Below, piece after piece: positions 13,388 through 27,575 of a stretch of DNA of 64,000 bases (positions are counted from its first letter, which is position 1; each line of letters starts with the position of its first letter). Source of the stretch: Vicugna vicugna (lineage: Eukaryota); the NCBI GenBank assembly GCA_013265495.1, contig MU057711.1, forward strand, positions 992,001 to 1,056,000, read 5' to 3'. The position numbers were made by a program, and so were the translations under genes. The notes beneath the pieces are model-generated. The model saw nothing but the letters and a program-made list of their open reading frames with translations. It searched no databases and was not told the origin of the DNA.

Positions 13388-15571
13388 CTATGGTAATATA
13401 AGAGTGGTTAAAATGGGCAAGCAGGCATCCCTGGCTCAGAGAAGCTGTATTATAAGAAAACGAAAGGACTTCCTCCTCATAAGGAAAATCAGCGAAGAAT
13501 TTAACCAAGGCTCAGAAGCAGAAAAGTTAAGCCCTTGTCAGCTGAAGATGAATCTGAAATGTTGAACACATCTGAAATTATTGGAGTGATTATAAATGAA
13601 GGTCTGGTTTTCACACACTTTTTAAAAATGATCTCAACCAGAATTTATACATTTTTCTAGAGAACTTGTACTATCAATAAAGGCCGGTAATTAGATAACG
13701 CACGATAGAGCAGAGAATGAAATCAGAGTTGACAAGCCTGTGAAATCACTATTCGTGTTTAGTTGCTAAGCTACACTACTTTGGTTCTAAGATTAGCCAC
13801 TTGGCAGTCAGCCTTATAATTTTTTTTTTTAAATGCCTAAGCTCACATTTTCTGCTCTGACTTAAGAGATATCTAGAACTGCCATATGCTTTAGCCCAAG
13901 TTATAGGTGCACTCAAATGCAAATTATTAAAAGATACATGGTGATAAAAAAAGTGTAAGGATTATTAGGAGAATTCTATTTTGTTCTTGGAAATTATTCT
14001 TGTTCAAACTCTCTTAATGAGAGATTTGTGAGGATAGCATGAGTTTTATCCCTTAGTTAAGATGATCGTATTTGTCTGAGGCAATGTAGACAAAGATAAT
14101 TAAACAATAAGAGAATCACTGGAATTAAAGGTTTAAACAATTGCTTTTATTAATAGATTCATTAGTAGTGAGTACTTTAAGGGGATTAAGAAGCAAGCCT
14201 CATTAGTTTCAGAAATATTAGGAAACCTTGGGAAGTAAATATTATTTAGCATTGTGAATTTATTAATGAATACCTTACAACTTATTTCTAACTGGCATAA
14301 ACTGCAAGTGGTGACGTTTGCCTAGAGGTATTAACAAAAACAAGTAGTAAGGATTCTGTGCATGTACTATGAATCAGGACATATATTCATGCCCAGTAAG
14401 AACCCAGAGAGCTATATAAATTAAGCAGAAGCCTAGTCTGCATACTTGTGTATGCGTTCAAATCCTGCTGGTGTGAGAATGAAGCTGCAGTGTTGGAGCA
14501 TCTGAAGGCTCTTCATGAGCCCAACGGCCAAACTTGTCTTTTAGCTGAGCACTTCAGGGTCCCTACCAGTATCTCAGAGCTGGAGCCAGAGGTGTCCCTC
14601 CATCCCAGTCTCCCAGGACCTTCCCATCCATGCCCCTCTCCTGGTGTGCTTCCTCCCACACTCGCCTTTCAAGTTGCCTCTGATTGTTTCATTTCAGCCT
14701 CGTGAAGGGCAAGGGGCTATCAGTGAGAATGCCCTCTGGATCTTTTGCTGAATGAATGCCTGCTGTCACCCCAAGTCCCATTCCCCTGCCAAGCCCCTCT
14801 TTCTATTTCTCACCCATCTGACGATCGCTCACTAGCTTGGGTTCCAAGCTAAGCACTGTCTTCACTGTGGGGGAGCACTGCGGTAAAAGACTGAGGCAAA
14901 ACCAGCAGGGGCTTAAGTGCTAGAAGCCGGAGTGAGGAGGAGGAGGAGGAATGCAGGAGAGGAGAGAACACCCACCGCTTATGCTCCTGCGGACACTTGA
15001 GGGCTCTGAGCTCTCATCACAAAAGGATGGTTTGAAAAACCCGTTTTAATGCCACTGGTTTTGTGGAACCTTCTCTTATCTACTACAGCAGAATTCGCCT
15101 CCATTACTTATTTGTGTGCCTTCTCTTCCGGATCAAAAACTTCTTAGGGCAGGGAGTACATGTGAATCCTGTGTTCCTGGAGCCCGGCTCTACACATTGG
15201 ATTTGGCTGGTCTCAGTAAAGGTTTCAGAAAAAAATTGAAAGGTGAGTATTAAAGCTGGTTGTCTCAGATGCACCTGCTCTCTGAGCAACATAACAACCT
15301 AAGGAATGCAGCTTATTCCTGTTAACTAAAGGGTCAGCTGACACCATCTTCTATTATGTGGAGGAAATACTGAGGACTCCAGCATCACAATGACAGACTA
15401 AGTCACTGGCCAAATATAACCAGGAGGAGATAGAGTATGTCTGAAAACCACTCTTGAGGCTGCTACACTAAGACAAGACAAGCATTACTTTTAGCAAGTA
15501 TCAAAAAATACTACAACTCATTATCTGCTTTTACTTATAGATTCTCAGTCATGTTTTCCTTTAAAAAATTC

Positions 15572-18500
15572 TTTTTTTTTAAAAATTGAAGTATAGTCAG
15601 TTTACAATGTTTTGTCAATTTCTGTTGTATAGCATAATATTTCAGCCACACATATACATACATATATTCATTTTCATGATTTTTCTCATTACAGGTTACT
15701 ACAAGATATTGAATATAGTTCCCTGTGCTATTCAGAAGAAACCTGTTCTATTTTATATATAGTACTTAATGTCTAGAAATCCTGAGCCCCAAATTTATCT
15801 CTTCCCACCCCCTTTCCCCCAGTAACCATAAGTTTGTTTACTTTGTAAGTCTGTTTCTGTTTTGTAGATAAGTCCATTAGCGTCTTCTTTTCTGTTTTTT
15901 TCCTAGATTCTACATATGAGTGATATCATATGGTATTCTTCTTTCCTCTTCTGGCTTACTTCACTTAGGAAGACAATCTCCAGGTCCACCCATGTTGTTG
16001 TAAATGGCATTATTTTATTTTTTTTATGGCTGAGTGGTATTCCATTGTATGAGCATACCACCATTTCTTTATCCAGTCCTACTGTCAATGGACATTTAGG
16101 GTGTTTCCATGTCTTGCCTATTGTATATGGTGCTGCTATGAACACTGGGGTGCATGCGTCTTTTTGAATTAGAGTTCTCTCTGGATATATGCCCAGGAAT
16201 GGGACTGCTGGATCATATGGTAAGTCTATTTTTAGTTTTTTGAGGAATCTTCATACTGTTTTCCATAATGGCTGCACCAAACTGCATTCCCTCCAGCAGT
16301 GTAGGAGGGCAACCCTTTCTCCACACCTGCTTCAGCATTTATTGTTTGAGGACTTTTTAATGGTAGCCATTCTGACTGATGTGAGATGATACCTCACTGT
16401 AGTTTTGATTTGCATTTCTCTGATAATTAGCTACACTGAGCATTTTTTCATGTGCTTGTTAGCCATTTGTATGTCTTCCTTTATTGGAGAATTGCTCGTT
16501 TAGGTCTTCTGCCCTGTTTTGGATTGGGCTGCTGGGTTTTTTTGTTGTTGTTGTTGTTGTTGCTGTTATTAAGTTGTATGACCTGTTTATATATTCTGGT
16601 AATTAAACCTTTGTCAGCTACATCATTTGCAAATATTTTCTCCTATTCTGTAGGTTGTTGTTTTATTTTGCTTATGGTTTCCTTTGCTGTGCAAAAGCTT
16701 GTAAGTTTAATTAGGTCTCACTTGTTTATTTTTGCTTTTCTATCTATTGCCTAGGTAGACTGTCCTAGGAGAACACTGCTAAGATTTACATCAGAAACTG
16801 TTTTGCCTATGTTTTCTTCTAGGAGGTTTATAGTGTCTTGTCTTATATCTAAGCCTTTAAGTTATTTTGAGTTTATTTTTGTGTGTGGAGTGAGGGAGTG
16901 TTCTAATTTCACTGATTTACATGCAGCTGTCCAGTTTTCCCAACACCATTTGCTGAAGAGACTGTCTTTTCTCCATTGTATAGTCTTGCCTCTTTTGTCT
17001 AAGATTAACTGACCATAGGTCTGCTTATTCTGGACTCTCTCTTCTGTTCCATTGATCCATATCTGTTTTGGTGCCAATACCATGCTGTTTTGATTACTAT
17101 AGCTCTGCGGTACCGTCTGAAATCTGGGCAGGTTATTTCTCCACCTTCGTTCTTTTTCTTCAGTATTACTTGGCAGTTCTGGGTCTTTTGTGATTTCACA
17201 TAAATTTTAGGATTATTTGTTCTAGTTCTGTGAAAAATGTCCTGGGTAATTTGATAGGGATCACATCAAATCTGTAGATTGCTTTGGGTAGTACAGTCAT
17301 TTAAACAATATTAATTCTTCCAATCCAAGAGCATGGGATATCTTTCCATTTCTTAAGTCATCTTTAATTTCTTTAATCAATGTTTTACAGTTCTCCATGT
17401 ATAAGTCTTTCACCTCCTTGGTCAGATTTATTCTTAAGTATTTTATTTTTTTGGATGCAATTTTAAAAGGAATTGTTTCTTTACTTTCCTTTTCTGATAT
17501 TTCATTGTTAGTGTAAAGAAATATGACTGATTTCTGTATGTTAATCTTGTATCCTAATCAGCTACCTTGCTGAATTCTTTTATTAGCTCTATCAGTTTTT
17601 GTGTGGAGCCTTTAGGGTTTTCTATATAAGAGTATCATGTCATCCACATATAGTGACAATTTTACCTCCTCTCCTCCAATTTGGATCCCTTTTATTTCTT
17701 CTTCTTGCCTGATTGCTATGGCTAGGACTTCCAATACTATGTTGAATAGAGTTGTTGAGAGTGGGTATCCTCGTCTTGTTCCTGACTTTAGTGGGAAGGC
17801 TTTCAACTTTTCACCACTGAGCATTATGCTGGCTGTAGGTTTGTCATAAATAGCTTTTATTATGTTGGGATATGTTCCCTCTATACTCACTGTGGTAAGA
17901 ATTTTTATCATAAATGGGTGCTGAATTTTATCAAATGCTTTTTCTGCAACTATTGAGATGATCATGTAATTTTTATGCTTTTTTGTTGTTGATGTGATGT
18001 ATCACATTGATTAATTTGTATATGTTGAACCATCCTTGTGTCCCTGGGATGAATCCAACTTGATCATAGTGTATGATCTTTTTTATGTGTTGTTGATTTC
18101 TGTTTGTTAATATTTTGTTGAGAATTTTTGTATCTATGTTCATCAATGATATTGGCTTGTAGTTTTCTTTTTTGGTAGTGTCTTTGCCTGGTTTTGGTAT
18201 CATAGTGATGGTGTCTTCATAGAATGAGTTTGGGAGTAATTCCTCCTCTTCAATCTTTTGGAAGAGTTTGAGAAGGATCAGTATGAGTTCTCTGTATGTT
18301 TGATAGAATTCCCCAGTGAAGCCTTCTGGTCCTGGACTTTTGTTTGCAGGGAGCTTTTTATTGATTCTATTTCACTTTTAGTGATCAGTCTGTTCAAATG
18401 ATCTATTTCTTCTTGATTCAGTTTTGGTGGACTGTATGTTTCTAGAAACTTGTCCATTTCTTCTAGGTTGCCCAATTTGTTGCCATATATAGTTGTTCAT

Positions 18501-19955
18501 CGTATTCTATTAGTTTTTTTTTTTTTGGTATTTCTGTGGTATTAGCTGTAATTTCTTCATTTTCCTTTCTTATTTTATTTGTGTCCTCTCTCTCTTTTTC
18601 TTGGTGAACCTGGCCAGAGGTTTGTCGAATTTTGTTTACTCTTTCAAAAAACCAGCTCTTGGTTTAATTTTTTCTATTTTTCTAATCTCTATTTTATTTA
18701 TTTCCTCCCTGATCTTTATTCTTTCCTTCTGCTCACTTTAGGTTTTGTTTGTTCTTCTTTTTCTAATGTTTTTCAGTGGTAGGTTAGGTTGTTTATTTGA
18801 GACTGTTCTTTTTTTTGAGGAAGGCCTGTATCGCTATAAACTTCCCTCTTAGGACTCTTTTTGCTACATATCATAGATTTTTGTGTGGTTGTGTTTTCAC
18901 CGTCATTTGTCTCAAGGTATTTTTTAATTTCTTCGATTTCATCCTTGACCCATTGGTTTTATAGCAGCATGTTGTTTAGTCTCCATGTAGTTGTTTTTTT
19001 CCTCATTTGTTTGTCTGAGGTTGTCTGCTAGTTTCATGCCATTGTGGTCAGAAAAGATGCTTGAAATAATTTCCATCCTCTTAAATTTGTTGAGGCTTCT
19101 TTTGTGTCTGAGTATGTGGTCTAATCTAGAGAATGCTCCATGTGCACTTGAAAAGAATGTATATTCTGGTTTTTTGGGGGATATAATGTCCTAAAAATAT
19201 CAACCAAGTCCAACTGTTCTATTACATCATTTCATATCTCCATTGTCTTATTGAGTTTCTGTCTGGGAGATCTGTCCAGTGACGTCAGGAAGGTGTTAAA
19301 ATCTCCTATTATTGTGTTCCCATCAATTTCTTCCTTTTTGTCTGTTAGTGTTTTATATATTTAGGTGCTCCTATATTGGGTGAATATATGTTAACGAGTG
19401 TAATATCCTTTTCTTGTATTGTTCCTTTGACCATTATAGTGTCCTTCTTTATCTTTCTTTATGGCCTTTGTTTTAAAGTCTATTTTGTCTGATATGAGTA
19501 TTGCCATTCCCGCTTTTTTTGTAATTTCCATTTGCATGAAATATTTTTTTCCATCCTCTCTTTTTCAATCTATGTGTGTCCTTCACCCTAAAGTGTATCT
19601 CTTGTAGGCAGCATATTGTAGGCTCTTGTTTTATTTTCCAATCTGCCACCCTATGTCTTTTGATTGCAGCATTTAGTCCACTGACATTTATGGTAATTAC
19701 TGATAGAGATGTGTTTATTGTCATTTTAAACTTTGTTTTCCAGTTGATTTGTTATTTCTTCTTTGCTCCTTTTTGGTTTTTTTTGTTTTTTTTTTTGTGA
19801 CTCTATTATATGCTTTTGATTTGTCATTACCCTGTTTTTCAAGTATATTAATCTATTATTATATCTGTTTGTTTTAGACTGGTAGTCTAAAGGCTCAGAT
19901 ACATCCTAAAATGAATGAAAAGAAAATCTACATTTTCTTGCTTCCCTCTCCCACC
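15572..19955 (-). mobile_element. 5'-truncated L1 (inter-ORF spacer + disrupted ORF2 + 3'UTR) in intron 4, same sense as N4BP1
   Basis: ORF2 pieces: endonuclease N-terminus (19473-19724), PKPGKD...YKPISLMN (17973-18203), RT region AEKAFDKI...SLYVDDM (17612-17965), C-terminus (15903-16145). Poly-T at 15572-15580. Confidence 0.95.
16542..16566. repeat. (TTG)n microsatellite inside the intron-4 L1
   Basis: Directly visible. Confidence 0.85.
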
Positions 19956-20196
19956 TTTTACGGAAAAAAAAAAATTTCTAGCTCAGTAGCTTCTATAGTA
20001 ATGCCCCTAAACCATATAGCAAAGACCACTGAATATATAACTGTCATGACCATAAATATTAAAATTCTCAACCACTTGAGTCAAGTGCGTCCTTTAAGAA
20101 TGTGGGTCCAGAAGCCTGATGAACTGTCTGGTGGAGCAGGTGGTTGGCTCCTCACCACCCCATACCCACTTTAGAAAGGAAAAAGGCCTTTCATAC

Positions 20197-20293
20197 CTGT
20201 CATCATGAGAAGCAATTCTTTCTCCAAAGACCATCCGTGCAGGAGTTAAAGATAATATTCCGAGCTCCTGGAGCTGGGTTAAGAAGTGCTGTT
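20197..20293 (-). CDS. N4BP1: N4BP1 coding exon 4 (NYN domain, SHDD motif)
   Basis: (E)QHFLTQLQELGILSLTPARMVFGERIASHDD(R). Acceptor aacAG, donor AG|GTATGA. 97 nt, phase 1 to 2. Confidence 0.96.
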
Positions 20294-21773
20294 CTGTTCA
20301 TGGAATAAGTTGAACACACATTCAGAAAAGGGCTATCTTCCCAGACGTTTAAATAAATGAAAGCACCCCCAATGTTTCACTTGGAAAGTTGTGTGAAACC
20401 TTTCTTCTACTTACTCAGAAGACTCAACTTTACTAACTTACTGGGAAGGAAAAGAAAAATCAAAGAAAAATGACTTGAACTATTTCTTAAATATCAAAAT
20501 ATTCAACTCATTTGCTTCTAAATTAAGAAGAGTAAACCATAAACCAATATTTAATGGATCTTACTATCAAGAAATTTTTCACAGCCACACTGCAAGCAGC
20601 AGAAGACAAAAAGAGTGAGGATGAGTCCCCCAGAAAGGGTGGGGCAGGAACAGAGAAGAGTGATGGAGGAGAGACAAACTGTTCTGTCCTAATCCCAAGA
20701 AGGCCTGCTTGGTCCCTATTCTGTAAAATCTCCCTCTGGTTGGCACCCTACCTAACCTCTCTCAGTTATCTGTACAAACATTTACTGATATTCATGGGAG
20801 TGGGTTGTGACAGAGGATAAAGGCCAAAGCCACAAATGAGTAATGGGCAAAAAAGCTAAAAGCTCAGGGTCTAAGATTCCCACACCTGCATTTCCTTCAA
20901 AGGTACTCACCACTGACTTAAGCTAAAATGCCCAAACACAGTGTTTTTATTGTTCTAGAAATGCACAGCACATAAGGCTGACAAGACTCTTTCAGGGATC
21001 CTATTCAAAAATAACTATGAGATGAGTGGATCTGCCACATTTCTCAAATACTTTCTGTTAGGACAAAGACATTCCCCAAAGTGAGGGAAGCTGGGATACT
21101 TGGTAAATGTGGTTTTACCATTTCCACTTCAACAGTGACTAAGTTTTACTTCCTGTTAATGAGTTGGATGAGTCCTGTCCTCAGCCTTCCTCCTCTCAAT
21201 CTGTTTTATTTCTAGGTACTCTGATGTGTTAAGCTGCCTGGCACAGCCCTTTCACTGGTCTTCCGATTATGACCTAAGAACAAAAACCTTTCAGTCGCTC
21301 AGAAATATTTAAGGATCCATAGTAAGTTCAAACCTTTTGTGTGTGGCCTGTAGGTCAACCATGCAGTACCATACAACAACCATAATGACTTATATTAAGC
21401 TATTAAACAGACTGTTAAAAAAGACATTATACTTGAGGGTTCCAAACTTAGCAAATGGCCATTTTCAAAAATACTATTTAAAGAAGAAACCCAGCCTAAT
21501 ACAATGACACATTTAATCTAGTTTTTAGGAAGTCAAAGAAAATTTTTTGTGATATATAATGAAATCTTATATAACTTTCTATATAAACATCCTCCCCACC
21601 CCCGCCAAGTATTTCTTATGCTGTAACTCAACTATGTTTTTTTCACTGGGTGCAATGAATTTACAGTTTGATTTTAAACCTACTGCCTATGGCACACGGC
21701 TCTATTCTAGATAGTGTGTGTTGTGATTATAAGGCAACTCATTAAATACCTAATTAGAAATCTGGAAAAATCA

Positions 21774-21941
<168 letters not shown>

Positions 21942-22568
21942 TCAGTTTAAAGCATGTTTAAAGTGTGCTAAGTTTCACCACGAAAAAATGAAAAGGTAAA
22001 ATCCATATACAACAAAAACAATTAGAACAAAATTTCCTTTAATATTTACTTTTTTTGACATTAAGTTGCATAGTCAGCTGCTCTGCAAAGCCAAGAGAGA
22101 ACCCATGACAGAAGATGTGATTCTTAACTGCTTTCTGTTTTTTACTATAGTTTTGTTCAGCTGATTTAATTGAATGTGCTTTTGTGGTAGATAGCAGTTT
22201 GAGCTTCAGGACAATACTTGTTTATTGTACCTTTTATATTTGTCTTTAGATAAGGAGCCCATTCTAGAGAGTCCTGCCTGGTCACTGGCCTCTAAGAATC
22301 TGTGATGACTGTTGTCAAGGAATACATTGCTGAAGCAGAAGTAGCAACAGTCTTGACTATTCCAATGACAACTTCCAAAGGCTTCAAATGTGTCTGGTTC
22401 CAGAGGAGCTCCATCCCCTTTCTGGAGAACTGTGAAATCTACTCAGTTTACAGCTTCCAGGAAACAAGTTGAGAGCAAGATTGACGAAGCTACCTGGGGG
22501 CCACAGTAAGTGATTTTGCTGAAGGAAGCAGAAAGTGGGGGGGGGGGTGTGTAAGAAAATAAGAGGAA

Positions 22569-22680
22569 GGGGGGAAGGATAGCATGCAAGAGGTCCTGGG
22601 TTCAATCTCCAGTACCTCCACTAAGAATTAAATAAGTGAATAAACCTAATTACCCCCCCAAAAAACAAAAACAAAAACAC
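22569..22680 (+). mobile_element. Same SINE family, copy lacking the A box
   Basis: agcatgcaagaggtcctgggttcaatctccagtacctcc...taaacctaattacccc matches the 10771 copy. Confidence 0.85.
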
Positions 22681-25600
22681 AAGAGACAATATAGAATACG
22701 AGTGAGTACACTTTTTCTGTAAAGGGCCAAACATGGTGTCTGCTGCACCACGCAACTGTCAACTGTAAATGAAGGGGTGAAGCTGTGTTCCTTGTTTACA
22801 AAAACAGGTGGTGGCCAGATCTGGCCCCCAATTTGTAAGTCCTGGTATAGAGGATTAAAAACTGTCCCCCATCTGAAAATCTGGTAACAAATTTCAAAAG
22901 AAACAAAGAAAAATATTTAAATTTTACTCTCTAGCAGTTAAATAAAAGTAGAAGTTTTAAAAAAAAGTTTGAAATTTTGCAGGTGGTAATCCACTTGTCT
23001 ACCCATGAGTACTAGAAAGAAAAAAGAAAATCCTCGTGATGTTATTTAATAACAGTTTATTTAGATTAGCATAATCTGTCTTCACCACCTCAGTGATCAT
23101 CTATGACTCAATAACAGTAAATTCTGCATCTTCAGTCCTGTCTTCTTACATGTCAAAACCACTTGGTGGAGAGTTCTTTCACTTGGAAGTTCTGCCTCCC
23201 CAGGCACAGAAGGACACAAGTCACCCCCAGGCACTGCTAATTCTAACCCATCCTGCAGGTAGACTGAACCTGAAATGCAGCCACGAGGTCTCTGATTGTG
23301 CTCAGAGCCTTCAACAGCACTATATTTCTAGACAAATCCAGTGTCTGGCTTCGAGGTTCCCTCCACACTTGACTAGTCAGATGGGATCTGGCCAAAGTGA
23401 ACCTTCTACTTCCACCTCCAGCCGCCATCACACTCTCAAGTTTGGCCAGGTGCTTTGCCATCTGACTCTTCCTGGGCTATGAGCTTTTTCTTATTTCTTA
23501 CACCTCCTCCCCAAATGCCCACAGGCCCCAGTCTGTCTTCTGTGAAGCTGTCTCTAGACACAGGCCCTCAATCATCCCTCTTCTTTCTCTCTAACTTGCT
23601 ATCTTGTACTGTGCACCAGAATCACAAAACTTAGGAATGGACTCAGATTCCATTAGGGATAAAAAGAGTGAAACGCCTCATGAGAGCCAGAGCCACCTGC
23701 CCAGCATGCACTGCCAGGGAGTGGATGAGCTGGGATTAGGCTGACGCTCCCTCACTCCTGGACCAGTGTCTTTTCAACTACTCCACAGTGGTACTGTCCC
23801 CAACTAAACCCAAATTATCATGGAGCAGGAATGGGCTGGACCTGCAGTAAGCATCTAACACCCAGAAGAGTGGCTCAGAAATATCTACTTTTAGAGGCTA
23901 AAGTCCACTCCCTTCTCAGTGAACCATAAATAAGAGTGCACAGGCATCAGTTATACCCTAGAAAATGTATGTAAACAAATAAACAAACCGATTCTTGATG
24001 AAATAACTTAGTAGTGGTCTGTTTACCTAACAGCATTCAAATATGGTAAGAATGTAGCAACATGACATCTGTTACTGGAATAAAAGGCTGGTTGGGGGAG
24101 TTTTTGTATAGGGGTCTTTTAAAAAAATCTCTAAAAAGAATAAAAATCATTTTAACTGCTTAAAAGCAAGGGCAGAACTAGAGTTAAAGGCAACCATAGC
24201 CCAAACATGAAAATCCAGACTACATCTGCCTGCTGATTCTCAGAACAAAGATTTTTATGTTAAGTATGTTAAGTCCTGAAAAAAATAACCCTTGAGAGGA
24301 ATGCAGTAAAAAGCTTACGAAGTGCTTTCCTGGCTTATTCATCATTCACAAATGTGTACAAACTCTTTTCCCTCTTTTCCTTAAATGCTTCTGTTGATGG
24401 TGACAGTAGAACCTGGATGGAAATAAAGTCCCCCGTTCTAGTACACTGGGTCACTAAGGAAAAGGAGGGAAATGACAGTAGACAAAAATTCAGCTGCCCT
24501 GGACCCCTCCCAAGCTTAGAGGGGGAAAGTAGAGTTTCTAGAAACATTAGCTCTAAACAAATTTCCAAAGTGTTAGTTATCCTCATGGATGAGATCAAAC
24601 CATTTTTGATACCTTGGAAAACCTCTAGAGCTGTTTTAGGAATAAGAAGTAACAGTTCAAAATTCTGGTGGAGAACATACGGACTAATCCAAAAAACAAA
24701 ACAACAGAAAAAAAACATCAAGTAGAGCCAAATTATTGATCTCAAAATAATAAGGGTCCCTGACCCTTCCTACTTTTACTCTCACATCCTGACCAGGCAG
24801 AAAATGTGCTTAAATCACTGTCTCCTAGACTCTCTGCAATCAAATCAGAGTAACTTGCTGACAGGTAAACCCAGACCAACTGTCTTTTCTGACTCAAGGA
24901 CAAAGGGTCTACACACAGTAACACCTCTCTACCTCTGAGAAGGCCAGAGCTCTGGGGCTTCCAGCCCCAAATGCAGAATTAAGAGACAGTAAGCCTGAAA
25001 AGCCAGCTGTGCAGGCTCTCCAGAGAGATTTAAACTCCTGCTTCCATACACTTGGAAACAACTTATGTCATCTGGTTGCTTTCCACATCGTAGCAGATAG
25101 TCAACTAGAAAGAAGAGGGTCCAAAGGAGAGAGAGGAGATGGGTAATAAATACCTGATAAAAACTCATGGTGGTCATAGAACCGGACAAAGCAGTGTGGG
25201 GAAACAGTGAAAAACCCTTTCTGAGTTACCCAGGAAAGTGTAATTTCTTTCTATAGCTTCCACTTAATAAAAGTAGCCATGGAACCCTGATAAAGACCAG
25301 CATGAAAAATGGTTAAAATATATAGTTCTGTCAAGTGAAGGAGCAAACCTCATCTACATGGAAAATTATCTATCCAGATAAGTCAGGTGCTCTTATGATG
25401 AAGTTTCAGACTGACAGAGACCGAGTGTTATCTGACCACCACGGTGATGCCTACCATACACCGCAAACAATTTCCATTTACTCATCATTTGACTCATTCA
25501 TGGTGACAAAGGGGAAAAACCAAGTAGAGATATGCATAATCAGCAGTATTAAGTAGGGTATTTCAGAATTTCTCACGGTGTGTTATAAACTGCAGACATT

Positions 25601-26109
25601 ATTCTGGATAGGCAAATAAACAAAGCTTTGTAGAGACCCAGGGATGAGTGGGCCTGAGGTGCTTAAGGACTCAAATTTCCTCTAACTACTTCCCCAACTA
25701 GCTGGATCAAATTAGTGAGGTCTCCTGAGCAGTACCTAAGACTTATGTATCTGATGTTGCCAAGACCTAAAAATTCAACCTCAACTTCTGTGGGAGGAGG
25801 AGGGTGTACGATGGCTCTGGAGAGAGAGATATCATGAGCTCAAACATCATATCCACATAATCTTGGGTGAGACTTTTAAGCCATTTCATGTTACGTACAT
25901 TACAAATAATTTTTACCTCACAAAACTGGTGTGAAGATTATGTTTTAAAAGATAAAGTACAGTACCTAACACATAAAGGGTGTTTCAGCTTTAAGATTCC
26001 AAATAGTCATTGAAATTTAATCTAAATTAATTGCTGAAATAGCCATTGGAATAGCAAGTTACAAATGGGTGGTGAAGAATCATTTAAACAATCCTAAACT
26101 TTTTTAAGT

Positions 26110-26230
26110 CTTTCATTCAACAAATGGTTACTGAGTAGCTACTATGTGCCAGGCACCATGGACCTTAGGGGTAGTTCAGTGAACAGAACAGACACAAATC
26201 ACTTCCTTTATGGAATTTATGGTTTATAAT
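26110..26230 (-). mobile_element. L2 3' end
   Basis: ttcattcaacaaatggttactgagtagctactatgtgccaggcac. Confidence 0.75.
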
Positions 26231-26276
26231 TCACATTTAATACTGAAGCAACTGATTCAGAATAAGAATTAATTTT

Positions 26277-26450
26277 TTTCCAGGCTTCTAAAAAAATTAA
26301 GGTGAAATTCACAAAGATAATCATTTTAAAGTGAAAAATTCAGTGGCAATTAGTACATTCACAACATTGTGCAATTACCACTTATTCCTTGTTCTAAAGC
26401 ATTTCCATCACTCCAAAATAAAACCCTGTACCCATTAAACAGTTTCTCCC
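26277..26450 (-). mobile_element. Short L1MB-type 3' fragment with TSD
   Basis: aagtgaaaaattcagtggcaattagtacattcacaac.... TSD cagaataaga(a/g)ttaatttt at 26258-26276 and 26451-26469. Confidence 0.8.
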
Positions 26451-27339
26451 CAGAATAAGAGTTAATTTTGATTACTGATATTTTCAGCTCAATCTACATC
26501 AAATAAAGTATAAGTTTGTCTTCTTAGGATAACACATCCTTTGTAAAATAGTTGCTTTTAAACTGAGGTAACTGTGAATTAAAAAAAATTGAAATCTTCT
26601 CTCAAATCAGTTTTCAAAACAATTAATGAAAGACAGCTTGTGGTTTCCCTTAGTGCACTAACTCAGTGGCTTTCAAAAGAAATGGTACAGTACTAAAGAA
26701 TGTTAGGAAATACGTGGCAGTGTTTTGGGGTGTCACAATAGCTGGGGGGCATTATGGACAAAGTGGGAGGGACCAGATATGCAAAACATCCTGTCCTGGA
26801 TAGACAGTGCCATTCTAAATTCCAATAGTGACCCCTTTGAGAAATATACTAGTTACTACAAAAAAGTTTTTAAAAACTGTCATTATCACTGCTCATTTTG
26901 TCTTAATTTGCATTTCTTAGTCTTTGAACACCAATTTGGGAAATCTTTCCACATACAGAAAAATGAAAAAGCATTAGTATTACTCACAATCATGACCTAA
27001 ATTTGTATCATCATTTGGCTGAAGAAATTGTAACAATGAGGAACTGCTGTGGGGCTTGGACTGTGGGTGACTGAAATTGCCCTTTACATTTTTACTTAGA
27101 TAATGCTATGCAGCTGTGGGCATTTGCTGGGTTTCCCCCAAAAGAACTGCCAAAAAACAAAGTGAAATGACAATAAACAGTATTATTTGGAAATAAAAAC
27201 AAGTATATAACATATTTTTACTGCCTACATTCAAACTTTAGCATGTAAAATGCTGGCATTTCTAACCTCCCCCCTCCTTTTTTTTGATAGCAAAGTACAG
27301 CACCATTAAAAAAAAGAATCTTTATACTTAAAAAAACAG

Positions 27340-27575
27340 ATACTAAATTGTTTATGGATGGAAATGATATATTTGAGAATTCCTTCAAAATAATATGGGT
27401 GAAAGGTAGCAGGTGCTGGTATAGATGAAACAATGTTAGAAATGATGAAACGAGACAGGACATGAGTTGATAACTACTATAGGATGGCAGGCATATGGGA
27501 ATCCCAAATGAACCCAACATCGAACTCACATTATCTTCTTGGGAATTTGTTTGAAAATTCTAATAAAAAATTAAC
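27340..27575 (+). mobile_element. Old L1M 3' end fragment
   Basis: tttatggatggaaatgatat...ttcaaaataat...tatagatgaaacaa...ttgaaaattctaataaaaaa. Confidence 0.55.

Noticed and set aside
24335..24745. Overlapping 136-aa and 123-aa ORFs in intron 2
   Set aside because: No recognisable homology, and not needed for the 896-aa N4BP1 frame.
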